From an uncultured bacterium (GTDB taxonomy: Bacteria; Acidobacteriota; Aminicenantia; UBA2199), in contig CBFDCR010000012.1 in the NCBI GenBank assembly GCA_965603365.1, positions 21,935 through 85,934 on the forward strand: DNA of 64,000 nucleotides, written 5' to 3'. A program made the position numbers and the translations under genes. Shown here in pieces: positions 56,222 through 64,000 of this stretch (position 1 is the first letter of the stretch; each line of letters opens with the position of its first letter). Under the pieces are notes generated by a model, which was given only the letters and a program-made list of their open reading frames with translations, was not told where the DNA came from and searched no databases.

Positions 56222-56260
56222 ACCCACAAACATCGTGAAGAAATTAATGGAGAAACAGAA

Positions 56261-57331
56261 TTGAGTGATAAGGATATTTCAGAATCTATTCCCAATTCTG
56301 AAATTACCATTTATGAAACAGAAGACGGGAAGGTAAAGATCGAAGTTTATTTTGGGAATGAAAATCTTTGGCTGTCGCAGGGGCTAATGGCGAAGCTGTT
56401 TGAATGCTCTAAAGACAACATTTCCCTTCACCTGAAAAATATCTACAGCGAAGGTGAACTGGATGAAGCGGCAACTACCGAGGAATTCTCGGTAGTTCGG
56501 CAAGAGGGTAAACGTCAGGTAAAACGGAGCATCACATTTTATAGCCTGGAGGCCATCATCGCTGTCGGCTACAGGGTAAACTCTACTCGAGGCACCCAGT
56601 TTCGGACCTGGGCAACCGATAAACTGAAAAACTATATTCTTAAAGGTTTTGCCATTGACGGCGATCGTTTCAAATACGGTACTCGCTTTGATGCTCGATA
56701 TTTCGAGGAACTCCTGGAAGAAATTAGAGAGATCCGGGCCAGTGAACGCATGGTGTATCAGAAGATTACCGATATTTATGCTACGGCTGTGGACTATTCT
56801 CCTAACTCTGTTGAAACAGAAAAGTTTTTTGCTACCGTGCAAAATAAAATGCACTTTGCAATAACTGGAAAGACCGCGGCGGAAATTGTTGCAGAGCGAG
56901 CAGATAAATATAAACCCAATATGGGTCTGACAACCTGGCGAAAGTCGCCCAAAGGAAAAATTTTGAAATCCGATATTTTCATAGCCAAAAATTATTTGCA
57001 AAAAGAGGAAATAAAAGCCCTTAATCATATTGTAGACATGTATCTGGATTATGCCGAGCTTCAGGCCAGCAGGGGGCGGCTAATGAAGATGGGGGACTGG
57101 GTGGGAAAACTCAATGCTTTCCTGAAGTTTAATGAGTTTGATATTTTGCAGGACAAAGGCAAAATTTCTCGTGAAGTTGCCAATGCACTGGCTGAAAAAG
57201 ACTATGAAGTTTTTCGGATCAATCAGGATAAAAATTATATTTCTGATTTTGATCGAATGGTGAAAGGGCTAAAAAAACCTAAAAAAAATGAAGAGGGTAT
57301 AAAAACGGGACACACGAAACATTCCTCATAG
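56261..57331 (+). CDS. RhuM-family (virulence-associated, Fic/DOC-context) protein
   Basis: IYETEDGKVKIEVYF...LWLSQ..MAKLF......ISLHLKNIY..GEL......EEF..V..EG.R.V.R....Y.L.AIIAVGYRVNS..GTQFR.WAT is the RhuM hallmark. TTG 56261 is a tentative start; there is no in-frame ATG until much later. Confidence 0.75.
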   Translation: MSDKDISESIPNSEITIYETEDGKVKIEVYFGNENLWLSQGLMAKLFECSKDNISLHLKNIYSEGELDEAATTEEFSVVRQEGKRQVKRSITFYSLEAIIAVGYRVNSTRGTQFRTWATDKLKNYILKGFAIDGDRFKYGTRFDARYFEELLEEIREIRASERMVYQKITDIYATAVDYSPNSVETEKFFATVQNKMHFAITGKTAAEIVAERADKYKPNMGLTTWRKSPKGKILKSDIFIAKNYLQKEEIKALNHIVDMYLDYAELQASRGRLMKMGDWVGKLNAFLKFNEFDILQDKGKISREVANALAEKDYEVFRINQDKNYISDFDRMVKGLKKPKKNEEGIKTGHTKHSS

Positions 57332-57644
57332 CCTTTACTGGAAGATTTTTATTGATCACAATCCAATAGAGGATTGGCAACCATAGGGGACAAGAGTTCG
57401 CTCCTGTCGAGATTTACTCCAATTCCGGCCTTTAAGACGAAATACCGAAGATCAACTCCCACTTTCGGGGCTTTTTTCCCCAAAAACGAGGTTTTAACCT
57501 CGAGGGAGATGACCCTGATGGAACGCTGCCCGCCAGACAGGTAAGCGGGCAATCTCCGGTGCTGCCTCAAGGTGAATTTGAAGAAAAAATGAAATGGGGG
57601 GGCGTTCTTTTGTGGGGGGAAATGGTGTATAATGATCGCGGACT

Positions 57645-58013
57645 ATGGAAGTAAAATTGCCGGATAAGTTGACGTTCAAGAGAAGGGAGGTCATCCAGTT
57701 GACCAAACTGGATGGCAGGGTGCTGGATTTCTGGGAGAGTGAATTCGGCGGATTCGTGCCGGTGGTCAATAACCTGGGGGAAAAATTTTATACCCGCCGG
57801 GATGTGGAACTTATTTTAAAAATCAAAAAATTTCTATTTGAGGAAAAGGTCGACAAGACCAGGATCAAAGAGATGCTGCGGACCGACACCCCATCTCCTT
57901 CTCCGAAGGTTGAAGCGGCCGATAATGGCAACTGGTGGCCCGAAAGGCGTGATTTAATTAAAAGTCGTTTAAAAGAGATATTGACATTACTGGACAAACG
58001 TGATAAAAAGTAA
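57645..58013 (+). CDS. MerR-family transcriptional regulator (small)
   Basis: HTH region FKRREVIQLTKLDGRVLDFWESEF and YTRRDVELILKIK. Immediately precedes tRNA-Pro. Confidence 0.7.
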   Translation: MEVKLPDKLTFKRREVIQLTKLDGRVLDFWESEFGGFVPVVNNLGEKFYTRRDVELILKIKKFLFEEKVDKTRIKEMLRTDTPSPSPKVEAADNGNWWPERRDLIKSRLKEILTLLDKRDKK

Positions 58014-58020
58014 TATAAGT

Positions 58021-58097
58021 CGGGACGTGGCGCAGTCTGGTAGCGTACACGCTTGGGGTGCGTGTGGTCGGTGGTTCAAATCCACTCGTCCCGACCA
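58021..58097 (+). tRNA. tRNA-Pro: tRNA-Pro (anticodon GGG), CCA encoded
   Basis: Folded by hand: acceptor CGGGACG/CGTCCCG, D arm GCGC...GCGT, anticodon stem CACGC/GCGTG with loop TTGGGGT (GGG), T arm GGTGG-TTCAAAT-CCACT, then ACCA. Confidence 0.9.
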
Positions 58098-58216
58098 TCT
58101 TCTCTATGATCTTCATGGCAGTGTACCAATAACAAGGGAATATAAATTAGTATTGCCTTAAATTAAAACGTTCATCACCCATAAAGGTTGAGAAATAGAA
58201 GACGAGGAGCATTGTA

Positions 58217-58987
58217 TTGAGCGGAAAAAAGAGGCCATGTATCTTGTTGACCAACGACGACGGCTATCAGTCGGCGGGTATCACTACTTTGAGGGAGCGT
58301 CTTTCTAAAGATTACAACGTATATATGGTGGCACCGGATCGGGAGAGAAGCGCCATCAGCATGGCCCTGACCTTGAAGCGACCCCTTAGAGTAACGGAAT
58401 TTTCTGAACATTGCTTCTGGATAGACGGGACACCCATCGATTGCGTCAATCTAGCTCTCCATAAGCTTTTGCCAACCACTCCCGATTTCATCGTTTCCGG
58501 CATGAATTTCGGGGAAAATATTTCGTATGATGTTTTTTTCTCCGGCACGGTGGCCGGTGCCTTTTCAGGCTTCCTGTACGGAATCCCCTCCATGGCGGTT
58601 TCGTTGATTCCGGATCAGACGAGCAATTCTGCCGATTCATACAACGTTGACCAGGGGGCCGAAATCGCCCTCAGGATCTTGCGCAAGCTGCTGCCCCGGA
58701 AGAATGCCGATGTGGTCTATAATTTGAATATTCCCTTTCACAATAACGGCGAAGTTATAGTGACCTCCCTGGGGGACAAGAAATATTATCCGGATGTAGA
58801 GGTGCGCAGCGATCCCCGGGGCAAGGAGTATTACTGGTTGGGAACCGGAAACCCGGTCTATCGATTGGTTGAGGGTACCGATGTCTGGGCGCTAAAAAAC
58901 GGCTATATCTCGTTGAGCGTGATCAAGTATGATTTAAATTGCAGGGAAGAACAGCAAAAGTTGACGGAGGGTTTAGATGAAGTTTAA
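58217..58987 (+). CDS. surE: 5'/3'-nucleotidase SurE
   Basis: ILLTNDDGYQSAGI and SGMNFGEN. TTG start 8 nt after GAGGAG. Confidence 0.9.
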   Translation: MSGKKRPCILLTNDDGYQSAGITTLRERLSKDYNVYMVAPDRERSAISMALTLKRPLRVTEFSEHCFWIDGTPIDCVNLALHKLLPTTPDFIVSGMNFGENISYDVFFSGTVAGAFSGFLYGIPSMAVSLIPDQTSNSADSYNVDQGAEIALRILRKLLPRKNADVVYNLNIPFHNNGEVIVTSLGDKKYYPDVEVRSDPRGKEYYWLGTGNPVYRLVEGTDVWALKNGYISLSVIKYDLNCREEQQKLTEGLDEV

Positions 58988-59597
58988 TCCCATTCGCCGG
59001 CTGTATGATTGGGTGTTGGCCTGGGCGGAAAAGCCCTCGGCCCAATATGCCCTGTTTGCACTGGCCTTTGCCGAGAGCAGTTTCTTCCCGGTACCGCCTG
59101 ACGTACTGCTCATCCCCCTGGTACTGGGATACCGTAAAAAGTGGTTCCGGCTGGCCCTTACCGTTACGGTGGCTTCGGCCTTAGGCGGGATATTTGGCTA
59201 TGTGATCGGTCATTTTATGTGGTGGGGTGGGGCCGGCCAGTATTCAGGGGTGGCCCAGTTCTTCTTTCACCATATACCGGGATTCTCCGAAGAGGTCTTT
59301 CGCTCCATGCAACTGCAGTATATGAAGTATGGCTTCTGGATTGTGTTCACCGCCGGATTTACCCCCATCCCCTACAAGATTTTTACCATCTCCTCCGGTG
59401 CCTTTGATCTCAATTTTGTAACCTTTATGGCTGCCTCGGTGATCTCCCGGGGTGCCCGCTTCTTTCTGGTGGCCTTTCTGATTTACTATTTTGGCGAATC
59501 CATCAAGATCTTTATCGATAAATACTTCAACTGGCTGGCCCTGGTGTTTACCGTACTGTTAATCGGCGGCTTCCTCCTCATCAAAAAAATGGTCTAA
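58977..59597 (+). CDS. YqaA/DedA-like (VTT/SNARE-associated domain) membrane protein
   Basis: FAESSFFPVPPDVLLIP motif. 206 aa, polytopic. Confidence 0.7.
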   Translation: MKFNPIRRLYDWVLAWAEKPSAQYALFALAFAESSFFPVPPDVLLIPLVLGYRKKWFRLALTVTVASALGGIFGYVIGHFMWWGGAGQYSGVAQFFFHHIPGFSEEVFRSMQLQYMKYGFWIVFTAGFTPIPYKIFTISSGAFDLNFVTFMAASVISRGARFFLVAFLIYYFGESIKIFIDKYFNWLALVFTVLLIGGFLLIKKMV

Positions 59598-59622
59598 ATC
59601 TTTACGCCCTTCGCGGCTTTAT

Positions 59623-60528
59623 TTAAGCCATGGCCGCGGCCAGGACAATGGAGTAGTATTTGGAGTCGTCCTCGTCGGCCCGGGAGGTCAGCACCGCCGG
59701 GAAGGGGGCACCGGTAACAATGGCTGCCGGCCGGCCCTTAGCTAAAATGGTGATGGATTTGTAGAAGACATTGCCGGTTTCGATATTGGGGAAAATCAGG
59801 ATGTCGGCATGGCCGTCCACCGGCGACTTTAACCCCTTGATCTCGCAGGCCCTCTTGGAGAGGGCCACGTCGAGGGCTAAGGGGCCGTCCACAATGGCGC
59901 CTTTAATCTGTTCCCGGTCGGCCATCTTGGAAATAATGGCGGCATCCAGGGTGGCGGGTAATTTATCCGAGACCTTCTCGTTGGCGGCAATCAGAGCCAC
60001 TTTTGGATTGTCGATGTGCAGGCTTTGGGCAACGTTGATGTCGAATCGGAGTATCTGGATCTTTTGCTGCAAGTCGGGTTCCGGGATCATGGCCACGTCT
60101 GAGACAATCAGTAATTTATCGTATGTGGGTACCTCGATGATGGAGGCATGGGATAGGATGCACCCCTCCTTGATGAGATTGAATTCTTTGTTTAAGATGG
60201 ATTTTAAGAAGAGGGTCGTTGAAATAAATCCCTTCATCAGTATGGAGGCCTTCTCATCGAGGATCATCTTTACCGCCTGCATGCCGCTCTTTTTTTCATC
60301 CGGTTCGTCTACGATATCAAACATGTCTGGCGGTATGTTTAATTTTCGGCATTTTTCCTCTATGATTTTTCCATCGCCGATTAAGATACCGTCTACGATT
60401 TTCTCCCTCACCGCCCGTTCCACCGCCTGTATGGTCTCCTCATCTTGTCCGTAGGCCACCGCCATTTTGGGTGTTTGTTTCTTTTTGACCAGAGTTTCCA
60501 ATTCCCCTAAACTCTTTATTGAAGTCAT
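59623..60528 (-). CDS. ptb: phosphate butyryltransferase
   Basis: 301-aa phosphate acyltransferase fold. Immediately downstream of, and overlapping, buk. Confidence 0.85.
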   Translation of the reverse strand: MTSIKSLGELETLVKKKQTPKMAVAYGQDEETIQAVERAVREKIVDGILIGDGKIIEEKCRKLNIPPDMFDIVDEPDEKKSGMQAVKMILDEKASILMKGFISTTLFLKSILNKEFNLIKEGCILSHASIIEVPTYDKLLIVSDVAMIPEPDLQQKIQILRFDINVAQSLHIDNPKVALIAANEKVSDKLPATLDAAIISKMADREQIKGAIVDGPLALDVALSKRACEIKGLKSPVDGHADILIFPNIETGNVFYKSITILAKGRPAAIVTGAPFPAVLTSRADEDDSKYYSIVLAAAMA

Positions 60529-61619
60529 GATTTACCTCCTGAAAAACGCCAGATTTTTGCTTGACTTTCTCCGTTTAAAACACGGAGTACAGCCTTAGAC
60601 AAGGCCGACATTTCGTCTTCCCCCGGAAACACCAATATGGGGGCCAGAAATTCGATTCTCTGCCTGACCAGGTCCACCAGTTCTTCATGGTAGGCCATGC
60701 CGCCGGTTAATACCACGGCGTCAATGCGACCGGAAAAAACCGCGGACAGGGCCGCGATGGCCTTAGCCGCGGTGTAGGCCATGGCCGTAAAGATGAGTTC
60801 CGCCCGTTTATCGCCGTCGGCAATTCTCCGGGCTACCTCTTTTAAATTGTTGGTGCCTAAATGGCCCACCAGCCCGCCCTTACCGGTGATTTTTTGCTTC
60901 AATTCCGCCAGGCTGTATTTACCGGAAGTGGCCAGTTCCACCAGGCTCCAGGTCGGAATAGTCCCGGCTCTCTCTGGCGAAAAGGGCCCCTCTCCATCGA
61001 GGGCATTGTTGACGTCCACTACCGCTCCCTGCTTGTGGGCACCGATGGAAATGCCGCCCCCCAGGTGGGCCACAATCAGGTTGCACTCTTCGTATTTTTT
61101 TCCCAGGCTGTCGGCTGCCTCCCGGGCGGTTGCCTTCTGATTCAGGGCATGAAAGATGCTGACCCGCTTGATTTCCGGAATCCCTGTAATCCTGGCTGTG
61201 TCGTCCATCTCATCTACCACCACCGGATCTACGATGTAGGCGGGAATATTTAGGGGTTCGGAGATGGAAAAGGCAATAATAGCGCCCAGGTTCGAGGCGT
61301 GTTCTGCGGTTGTGACGGACAGATAATCCACCATTTCCCGATTAACGATATAGGTGCCGGATTTCAGGGGGGGGAGCAGTCCGCCTCTGCCGGCCACCGC
61401 ATTCAGATTCGCCATGTCCATCTCGTTTTTTTTCATGAAGTCCAGGACAATTTTGGTTCTGAAATCCCTTTGATCGATGATTCTGGGGTATCGGGCGATT
61501 TCCCTGACGGTATGGGATATCGTGGAGGAAAGGATTTTTTTCTCGTTTAAGAAAACCGCCACTTTGGTGGAGGTGGAGCCCGGGTTGATGGTCAGAATGT
61601 ACAGTTTGGGCGATCCCAA
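60525..61619 (-). CDS. buk: butyrate kinase
   Basis: ILTINPGSTSTKVAVF N-terminus and HLGGGISIGAH. 364 aa. Confidence 0.9.
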   Translation of the reverse strand: MGSPKLYILTINPGSTSTKVAVFLNEKKILSSTISHTVREIARYPRIIDQRDFRTKIVLDFMKKNEMDMANLNAVAGRGGLLPPLKSGTYIVNREMVDYLSVTTAEHASNLGAIIAFSISEPLNIPAYIVDPVVVDEMDDTARITGIPEIKRVSIFHALNQKATAREAADSLGKKYEECNLIVAHLGGGISIGAHKQGAVVDVNNALDGEGPFSPERAGTIPTWSLVELATSGKYSLAELKQKITGKGGLVGHLGTNNLKEVARRIADGDKRAELIFTAMAYTAAKAIAALSAVFSGRIDAVVLTGGMAYHEELVDLVRQRIEFLAPILVFPGEDEMSALSKAVLRVLNGESQAKIWRFSGGKS

Positions 61620-61639
61620 TGGATTGCCCCTTTATTTAC

Positions 61640-63487
61640 TTAAAAAGAGAGGGTGATGGGCACATCTAACCAGACTTTTACTTTAACCCCATTCTTCTGG
61701 GCAGGCTTATATTTCCCGTTGGCCAGGGTGGTGGACAGCGTTAATTTGATCTCCGGTTCCACATTGCCCTTGATTTTAACCCTGGATATGTTGCCCTTTT
61801 CGTCAATGAGCAGGGAACAGGTGATGTTCATCTGCAGGCCCTTGTATTTTTTTCGAATGGATCGGGAGAATTCGGGATCTTCGCTGTTGATCAGGATCGG
61901 CTTCTGGGTGGCAAATTGAATGTCGATGAGTTCGCCCACGGCTACCACCCTCTCCTGTTCCTCCTTTAATTTCCTCTCGGCCTCCTCTTTTTGTTTTTGC
62001 TTTTCTTCTTCCAGCCTTTTCTTCTCTGACTCTTCTTCCAGTTTTATTTTTTCCTCTTCGATTCTCTTTTTTTCGGCCTCAAGTTCTTCTAATTTTTTGG
62101 CCTGCTCGATTGCCTGTTTGCTTTCCTGTTCTTTTCGTTCCTGTTCCTGGCGCCAGGCTTTGAGCCTGGCGATTTCACCTTCTTTGGTCTTTTGCTCTTC
62201 CTCGGTGGTGGTAATCTGTTCTTCCAGGGATTTCAATTTTGCCTCATATTCGTTTTTTGTTTGCTGCTGAATCTGGGCCAGCTTTCGTTCCGATTCCTGT
62301 TTAACCTTCAATTGTTCTTGTTTGGCCTTGTTGGCCTGGCTAATATATAAAAAACCGGCTATACCGATTACGGCAATCAGTATAATAATCAAAGGCAGCA
62401 GGAATTTTGATTTCGATTTTTCGGTTTCCTCAAGGCCGGTCAGGATCTTTTCCACGATTTCGTTATCTGCTCTGGCCCGTTCTTCAGCCGTTTTTTCTCC
62501 GACTTCCGGGTCGGATTCCGGAATTTCATAGTTCAACTCCCCGGCCATCATGGTTGTCTCTTCTTCCATCATGTCGGTGTAAAGGGAATTCATGAAGTAG
62601 GCCAGACTAAAGGTCACAGAGGAGAGCTCTTCAATCTTAAAATAATTTGAGATGTAATCCTTTAACTCCCTGACATTGTTGAATCTTTTAATGGGGTCCG
62701 GATGGAGGGTTTTTTTGAAAAAATTGATCATACTGGTCAGATAATCTTTATCGGTGGTGGGTATGAGATGGCTAAAGCTGATACTGGAGAATTTGGCATC
62801 AAAATCCTCACCCGGTGTATATGAAAAATACTTGCCGGTTAAGATGCGATATATGGTATAACCCAGATGATATATATCGGATTGGGGAACGATCTTATCT
62901 CTTTTTTGATATTCGGGGGTCAGCCAGGAGCCGTATTTCATCTCCATTTCTTTATATAGATTGCCGTTTTGACTCAGATAGGGGGCGATGCCATAATTTT
63001 TTAGATATATATTGCCGTCATAGTCAATGATGATGTTGTCGGGTGTTAAAAATCCGTGAAAGGATTTTTTCCCGCTCACCACTATGGATGATCCCATATC
63101 GATGATATCGGCAATAGCGGTGACCATGGAGAAGGCCAGGTCGAAATTGATGGGTACCTCTTGTTGGGCGGCGTCTTCGAGGATATTTTCCAGGGTTTTC
63201 CCCTTAAGATAGGGGAAGATCAAGAGGGTCGCCTCTTTACTCCTGACAATTTTGTCGGGAGAATAGAGATGGGTGATGTTGGATTTTTTGATGCCCTCCA
63301 GCAGAACCGATACCCTCTTCCAGGTGGTCTCATCCATGGTATAAACGGGATTCACTTCGGTGATGAGTTGATGTTGAACCGGTTTGTTGTCTTCGATACC
63401 GGCGCCCCGAAAGTTGGCTCCTATTGAGTCCGCATGCAATTGTTCAAAAATTAAGTAGTTGTTTAAAATGTTGTATGTTTTCATCAT
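61640..63487 (-). CDS. kinase-like (pseudokinase), TM, Glu/Lys-rich coiled coil, C-terminal TonB-C-like domain protein
   Basis: Kinase-fold pattern, but the catalytic loop reads HGFLTPDNIII (no HRD Asp or Lys), DFG reads NYG, and there is no VAIK Lys. TM LLPLIIILIAVIGIAGFLYI. A long EEKxK coiled coil. The C-terminal ~90 aa resemble TonB_C. Confidence 0.6.
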   Translation of the reverse strand: MMKTYNILNNYLIFEQLHADSIGANFRGAGIEDNKPVQHQLITEVNPVYTMDETTWKRVSVLLEGIKKSNITHLYSPDKIVRSKEATLLIFPYLKGKTLENILEDAAQQEVPINFDLAFSMVTAIADIIDMGSSIVVSGKKSFHGFLTPDNIIIDYDGNIYLKNYGIAPYLSQNGNLYKEMEMKYGSWLTPEYQKRDKIVPQSDIYHLGYTIYRILTGKYFSYTPGEDFDAKFSSISFSHLIPTTDKDYLTSMINFFKKTLHPDPIKRFNNVRELKDYISNYFKIEELSSVTFSLAYFMNSLYTDMMEEETTMMAGELNYEIPESDPEVGEKTAEERARADNEIVEKILTGLEETEKSKSKFLLPLIIILIAVIGIAGFLYISQANKAKQEQLKVKQESERKLAQIQQQTKNEYEAKLKSLEEQITTTEEEQKTKEGEIARLKAWRQEQERKEQESKQAIEQAKKLEELEAEKKRIEEEKIKLEEESEKKRLEEEKQKQKEEAERKLKEEQERVVAVGELIDIQFATQKPILINSEDPEFSRSIRKKYKGLQMNITCSLLIDEKGNISRVKIKGNVEPEIKLTLSTTLANGKYKPAQKNGVKVKVWLDVPITLSF

Positions 63488-63559
63488 TAACCTCGTGCTC
63501 GCTCTAAATATATATGATTACACTCAAAATTTCAATAACAAAATGGTATTATATTTTTT

Positions 63560-63868
63560 TTATTCCATTTTTGTCTTGACCGATTGGATCTTGCCTTCCA
63601 TCGATCCTTTTTTATCCCGCCGGTCATCGATGCTGATCCGGGTGGAGACACGCCGGGCCCCTTTCAGGAATGGCGTTTCGTGCATCTGGCGGATGAGTTT
63701 GAGAATGCCGTCGAGATCCCCTTCCAATATGGTGGCCATGGGGGTAAGCATGCTTTTTACATTTTTATACTCTTTTACCACCTTCTCCACCTCCGCCACA
63801 TAGGCACTCAAGGACGTAGATCCCGTACCCAACGGCACCACCGTAACTTCCACAATAACATGACTCAT
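63560..63868 (-). CDS. MTH1187/YkoF-family (DUF77) thiamine-binding-like protein
   Basis: VIVEVTVVPLGTGSTSLSAYVAEV... and MATILEGDLD. 102 aa. Confidence 0.75.
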   Translation of the reverse strand: MSHVIVEVTVVPLGTGSTSLSAYVAEVEKVVKEYKNVKSMLTPMATILEGDLDGILKLIRQMHETPFLKGARRVSTRISIDDRRDKKGSMEGKIQSVKTKME

Positions 63869-64000
63869 ACTACCCCTCCTCGGATTTTTATTTCAGACCT
63901 TTCGCACTTTTCATGTTCTCTGACCATTGGAAATGGCCGCATTTGTGTCAGCGTCCGTATCAGAAGGCTCCTCAAGTTCAAACAAATCATGGCTTCTACG

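Noticed and set aside
54392-56233. Long antisense ORFs inside icmF (54392-55195, 55274-56233). Similar cases lie inside the kinase-like gene (7203-7793), acd (50829-51419, 51459-51989), the NACHT gene (48052-48660, 48979-49533, 49172-49798) and the class V aminotransferase gene (40204-40644)
   Set aside because: Each is fully contained in, and opposite to, a gene with clear family motifs. Their products are low-complexity (Gly/Arg/Pro/His-rich), which is typical of antisense frames in GC-rich coding DNA.
57349-57769. SRP RNA, tmRNA, RNase P RNA or 6S RNA in the RhuM-MerR spacer, and track ORFs 57349-57570(-) and 57494-57769(-)
   Set aside because: None of the conserved motifs could be found on either strand: the SRP GGAA tetraloop with AGCA context, the tmRNA tag and T-arm/CCA end, or the RNase P GGAAAGUCC. 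The ORFs have no support and one overlaps the MerR gene. The region is kept only as an unclassified structured spacer.

Overview
This is a 64-kb chromosomal window from an anaerobe-like bacterium. The taxon cannot be determined from sequence alone. Gene content points to a fermenter or sulfate-reducer-type lineage: butyrate kinase/phosphotransbutyrylase, fused isobutyryl-CoA mutase, a TatT-type TRAP transporter, LarB and four radical-SAM genes. Most of the window is ordinary metabolism and envelope genes, but two accessory patches stand out.

(1) 13.1-30.9 kb holds a dispersed RiPP-like system.
- Three paralogous precursor peptides share a double-glycine leader (KKLVLNK.T...L...E[ML]..[LIV][HR]GG) and have Cys-rich, non-conserved cores (13208-13369, 13399-13551, 18794-19042). 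The first is missed by the 60-aa ORF track and the second appears only as a longer ORF.
- A same-strand gene string runs beta-propeller, leader-distinct Cys-rich peptide, rSAM/SPASM, B12-type rSAM, type-II-thioesterase-like hydrolase, secreted ankyrin protein (20422-27363).
- A second paralogous propeller lies at 29758-30759.
- Near-identical promoter/5'UTR modules are shared by several of these genes.
- Two mutually inverted arrays of 21-bp repeats bracket the third precursor.
- No leader peptidase or exporter is visible.

(2) 45.4-50.6 kb is a defence-like islet.
- It contains a decayed BrnT-type toxin next to an intact antitoxin-like gene, a HEPN/nucleotidyltransferase pair, and a membrane-anchored NACHT (STAND) NTPase fused to an FGE-sulfatase domain.
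- It is bracketed by two inverted copies of a ~160-bp double-hairpin MITE-like element.
- Each element abuts a different fragment of one AAA-ATPase-like gene, which suggests inversion.

Other observations: a second dispersed palindromic element family with heptanucleotide repeats (4 copies), two Hanks-type kinase homologues that both lack catalytic residues, a type IIG R-M gene remnant, and canonical promoters positioned for leaderless translation.

All calls rest on motifs read by eye from the translations. No database search was run.
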